A stretch of DNA of 61,037 nucleotides, counting the filler. It is 6 parts of 6 records of this genome, joined end to end, with 100 filler letters (N's around TTAATTAATTAA, not from the genome) between each part and the next. Parts side by side here need not be neighbours in the genome. Positions count along the whole stretch, not along the records: positions 51,763 to 61,037 come from SRR31156797_4053; 5 more parts are not named here. One strand, written 5' to 3'. The notes under the pieces were generated by a model, which saw nothing but the letters and a program-made list of their open reading frames with translations, was not told the origin of the DNA and searched no databases. This document shows positions 60,901-61,037 of the stretch, in pieces. The position numbers were made by a program, and so were the translations under genes. The first letter of the stretch is position 1. The number at the start of each line of letters is the position of its first letter.

Positions 60901-61037
60901 AGGAGATAACCAAAGCAGACGGCACTTCCTCCGTCTACAGCTATGACAAGGCTGGACGAATGCTGGATATTATCTACAGCGACGGCACAACGATAGACTA
61001 TGGTTATAATGAAATTGGTTCAGTGACCACTATGACA
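51990..61037 (+). CDS. Giant secreted WapA/Rhs (YD-repeat) protein, 3'-truncated (at least 3016 codons)
   Basis: ATG 51990 (MIKENSRVALWRKGISYMLVCAMIYVLIFSG) is in frame with the window end; RVYPIIVDPT, WapA-like SWSSKGKNIWPT, Ig/FN3 repeats, EPINFVSGNF...RTYN...GPFGNGW, then many YxYD..GN repeats. Absent from the ORF track, consistent with no in-frame stop. Confidence 0.9.
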   Translation, partial: MIKENSRVALWRKGISYMLVCAMIYVLIFSGLNIDDFLLGLGKVKHIGIIEQGDDYIIYENNDGSRTLETSVEVTPEYNTYFSKISQIKSPDSSCKYISENDSIDTSFPNTLYDVNNGISIKLPNYNIKYTPIVCSETECTPAVLTKAVQNETIDALLYEDVFGENIDVEYVTFIEGVKENIILNEKPDIYEYNYMLDTDGAKAEIIDNQIILTDDTGAEILFINAPYMSDAVGEYSTDISLGLEETDDGYIMTVCPEKEWLCSEDRVYPIIVDPTYTTKYFLCSVSNAYFWRDGYVVGRGVSFTVEPNFVGDLANEYVDIQSARFYGNTKGTYDASEHGPFGVWSRYTGEVYQVSSASIQLYEGRSFSFNLGATGYSECYIDEIFKDGKYVGSTDDIGFDVGYNTDGTFSVRIDPASMSVRVTYFVLEEVPAPTATVHSNGVNSESGYIDLTWNAVSGATKYNICFFNGDEYQTVDTVTSTSWSSKGKNIWPTAQQINAGNYTLYSDGGGGPLTQFANDLYKNVTSSDGADYSNDPRYFVKIVPQDDNDFITRPSLCDAAAVYLPDASAPYAPISVGANPAGYTNAGTIDITWSSIQDYNGTNFADMTSGTIRYSIDSANNWQNASNVDFANHKFTLDVSSLNSGKHIVYIRAKDSAGNENQKLVTQNNNSISSVSIYIDNKGPVINSIKLPSSWTNENPVQIDYSASDTNGISYLDYNLDNSGWIRLSTTKLSDTDFPLTSPTSTDIFTDGEHQIRFRAVDSLGNVGNETEQYKLWIDRAKPVIGSFSSDAENWTNVAERNNEITLSYSGVTDIPSGVETLEYSENNVNWHNIADVTSSSQIISSLTSDFINTLYYLRAIDFAGNVSDIATARVRIDNTNPTISTFTSNAVSWTNTDDMILSWTGLNDTGSGIDKLEISQDMSVWNDVDKTKSNFTQDVSGEDFVNTVYYIRATDYAGNTSNILNTNVKIDRVSPTISTFTSNAANWTNTDTVNLYWTGLTDIGSGINTLEMSSDNTIYAPIDKTANVHTMDFSSLADGEYTYYIKAADYAGNTSPIKNTIVKIDRTDPVTSINSPADGTMANGVIDIWATVDDTNIHEYSMIIKRYDSSYNLIETIDTILGNTNRINELFDSLDIEYCNQGDIIVISLTCSDLAGNASSDEVTIYVEKSVAEMNSTLTLTGPAEGSTIDTVTEQVEYERDLAALGNLTYINYLVDGILVSRTDYTEQIDFESLLYDENTTHSLALVGENDLGAMEHISGVVEYSKLHSENIQEDTESSSNIQFVGGNAQIASGENSGHIVFDSIALSSNDLTYKVNLSSILLQNTSIKCMISVDGGMYTEIDLDKEYLLNGTEKQLQLKVVLNGTTTNNPLLEEVKIDVASVQNPYYVKVKHVEDITGLKIVSNEIGQIAIKWDKKTDTDVRYDVYRGKTSDFIPNANYMVSQQQSGNEYIDTDVVQGNTYYYKVTATKTYNVTSPYIGFRESKAAQITATAFVVNDTALTINHPSNGEKIQTHLKEIEYSRQLNAQGSLEKINYFVDDAFVLCTDADKVLNFESLLYKEKSTHSIVLVGENSAGGLEYSGQISTTKNNLTIDSSENVDVSSIPRLLSGQTQGQIIYTPVALEENALSYTLQMKRTMELGTDIECYISTDGGSTYDKIIIGKGYIVKDSEELIVKVILKGTGTNSPTIDDIYLETVKSDSNHSVYVQLVDNITNLQVANNSLNRIVIEWDKSEDTDVRYNVYRSNFKGFQANDDSIVAKEITSCFYTDMDVAQGETYYYKVIAVKTYNVNSPYIGHRVSDEADISVTAYTRPSEAEVEGTTYTYSGDDGADTFWGDPEEIEQAEQVNNIYGSNWTVNNAAEAPAGSFEVTQSLLNGRAYCSYGFEPINFVSGNFYIKSLDATYQSAPEVNSSILRTYNTQTTEKNGPFGNGWAWHYSTHLKLYSDGHIGMTMDDGHLAMFRLQSDGTYLDDADEQMSLIRNETEHIVTTHEGEVYTFDSGGQLKSYTAANGNKAEIIYQDNGLIDKVVHEDGSEIKLILDDKGHITNIYLPTGEVLSYEYDGNNLVKFTDEAGQTTSYVYDSNGRMTEWYDKNGIRQVYNVYDDSDRVVEQWDANGGHYYLEYGDNSTFTTDANGNKNEYYYDDLGRTTKIIDSKGESQMFEYNNDSQVTKYTDQLGMSISYDYDTAGNLIRETKNDGRTREYQYDGNNNLTAEKDYNGNWTQYHYDSNNNMIQKVFPDGSTYKYEYTSSNQLRKITDPLGNTDRYEYDGNNMESHTDANGSTTEYKYDEEDNLIEITDALGNVIKMEYNDKGNITRTIMPDNTYMSYEYDNMDNMVVFYDAKNQATQFEYNALGKVVKTTNPDGSIITYEYDYNQNLIKTNYPDGTYTINTYDGNNNLISTVDQDGRKVTMQYNAVNDITGIVSPNDATSELHYNTNNGLLYKTVDKGVETEYHYDSNENVTKLIYTDGTTTEYEYDSMNRVVKETLNNGAATRYVYNAIGLVDTVIDPMGNETKYVYDKIGQLTKIIDSIGNVTRYKYDAVGNMISMQDAKGNSVEYSYDAVSQLQSIITPLGSMESYNYDPNGQIENIINALGASASNTYDEMGRVTESTDLLGNTTTYEYDIAGNMVKETNSANNSFTYEYDNNGNVIKITDPLGSNATYEYDVMNNITEVNGEEGYKEEYTYDEYNRLIKTLDSEGYEKHYEYDEMGKLIKEYDNTDKSVTYDYNSVGQVNGITNGENETTKIYYDLNGNTTQVLYADGTNEYFHYDELNRLIRQYDRVGLETLYEYDSVGNVTRIKQPGNKISTYEYDKDNNLVKEVNAEGGVTRYEYDKAYNVVSVTDPMGNTTTMEYNAASMLTKVIDPMENISVAVEYNILGEVVSETDALGNVTSYSYDAVSRLTGVTDALGRTTEYTYDRADNIIAVLDGNGNTTQYEYNTTGLLTKEVDALGNEEKYEYLVDGLIKEITKADGTSSVYSYDKAGRMLDIIYSDGTTIDYGYNEIGSVTTMT
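55527..57430 (+). repeat. Internal tandem duplication of about 320 aa in the Rhs protein
   Basis: YYYKVTATKTYNVTSPYIG (near 56403) vs YYYKVIAVKTYNVNSPYIG (near 57351), 948-nt offset; unit starts LTLTGPAEG / LTINHPSNG. Confidence 0.8.

Overview
The window is not one locus. It is six unrelated contigs joined by 100-nt artificial spacers (N-runs around TTAATTAATTAA), so synteny only holds within a contig. Taxonomic labels are inferred from gene content. (1) 1-7456, Methanosarcinales-like: wHTH gene end, hsdS, FRG-domain gene, hsdR (Type I RM), a convergent MAST/archaeosortase-type surface protein and a large-protein C-terminus. (2) 7557-16216, deltaproteobacterium-like: MerR-led lipid/redox operon (CrtI-family oxidoreductase, FAD/2Fe-2S reductase, 4Fe-4S protein, NMO/FabK-like enzyme, flavodoxin-SCP2), then a divergent FRG gene and thermonuclease. 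(3) 16317-26201, Desulfobulbales-like: TAXI-TRAP transporter, HcnC/A/B-type dehydrogenase, racemase-family gene, yqhC/yqhD-like pair, two MITE-like inserts. (4) 26302-40549, Bacteroidota: tRNA-fMet 3' end, der, FISUMP lipoprotein, MATE, vapBC, ALDH, OMP, pgk, repeat surface protein, trkAH, and a gene cassette bounded by attC-like sites. (5) 40650-51662, Desulfobacterales-like: intact hybrid kinase, REC-HD-GYP, a frameshifted and deleted paralogous kinase, MoxR AAA + DUF2201/VWA + hypothetical. (6) 51763-61037, Firmicutes-like: a >3000-codon WapA/Rhs protein missed by the ORF track because it has no stop in the window. Best candidate for an undescribed system: the FRG protein, translationally coupled between hsdS and hsdR, carries a C-terminal domain homologous to the HsdR C-terminus, which suggests an effector that docks on, or guards, the Type I RM complex.
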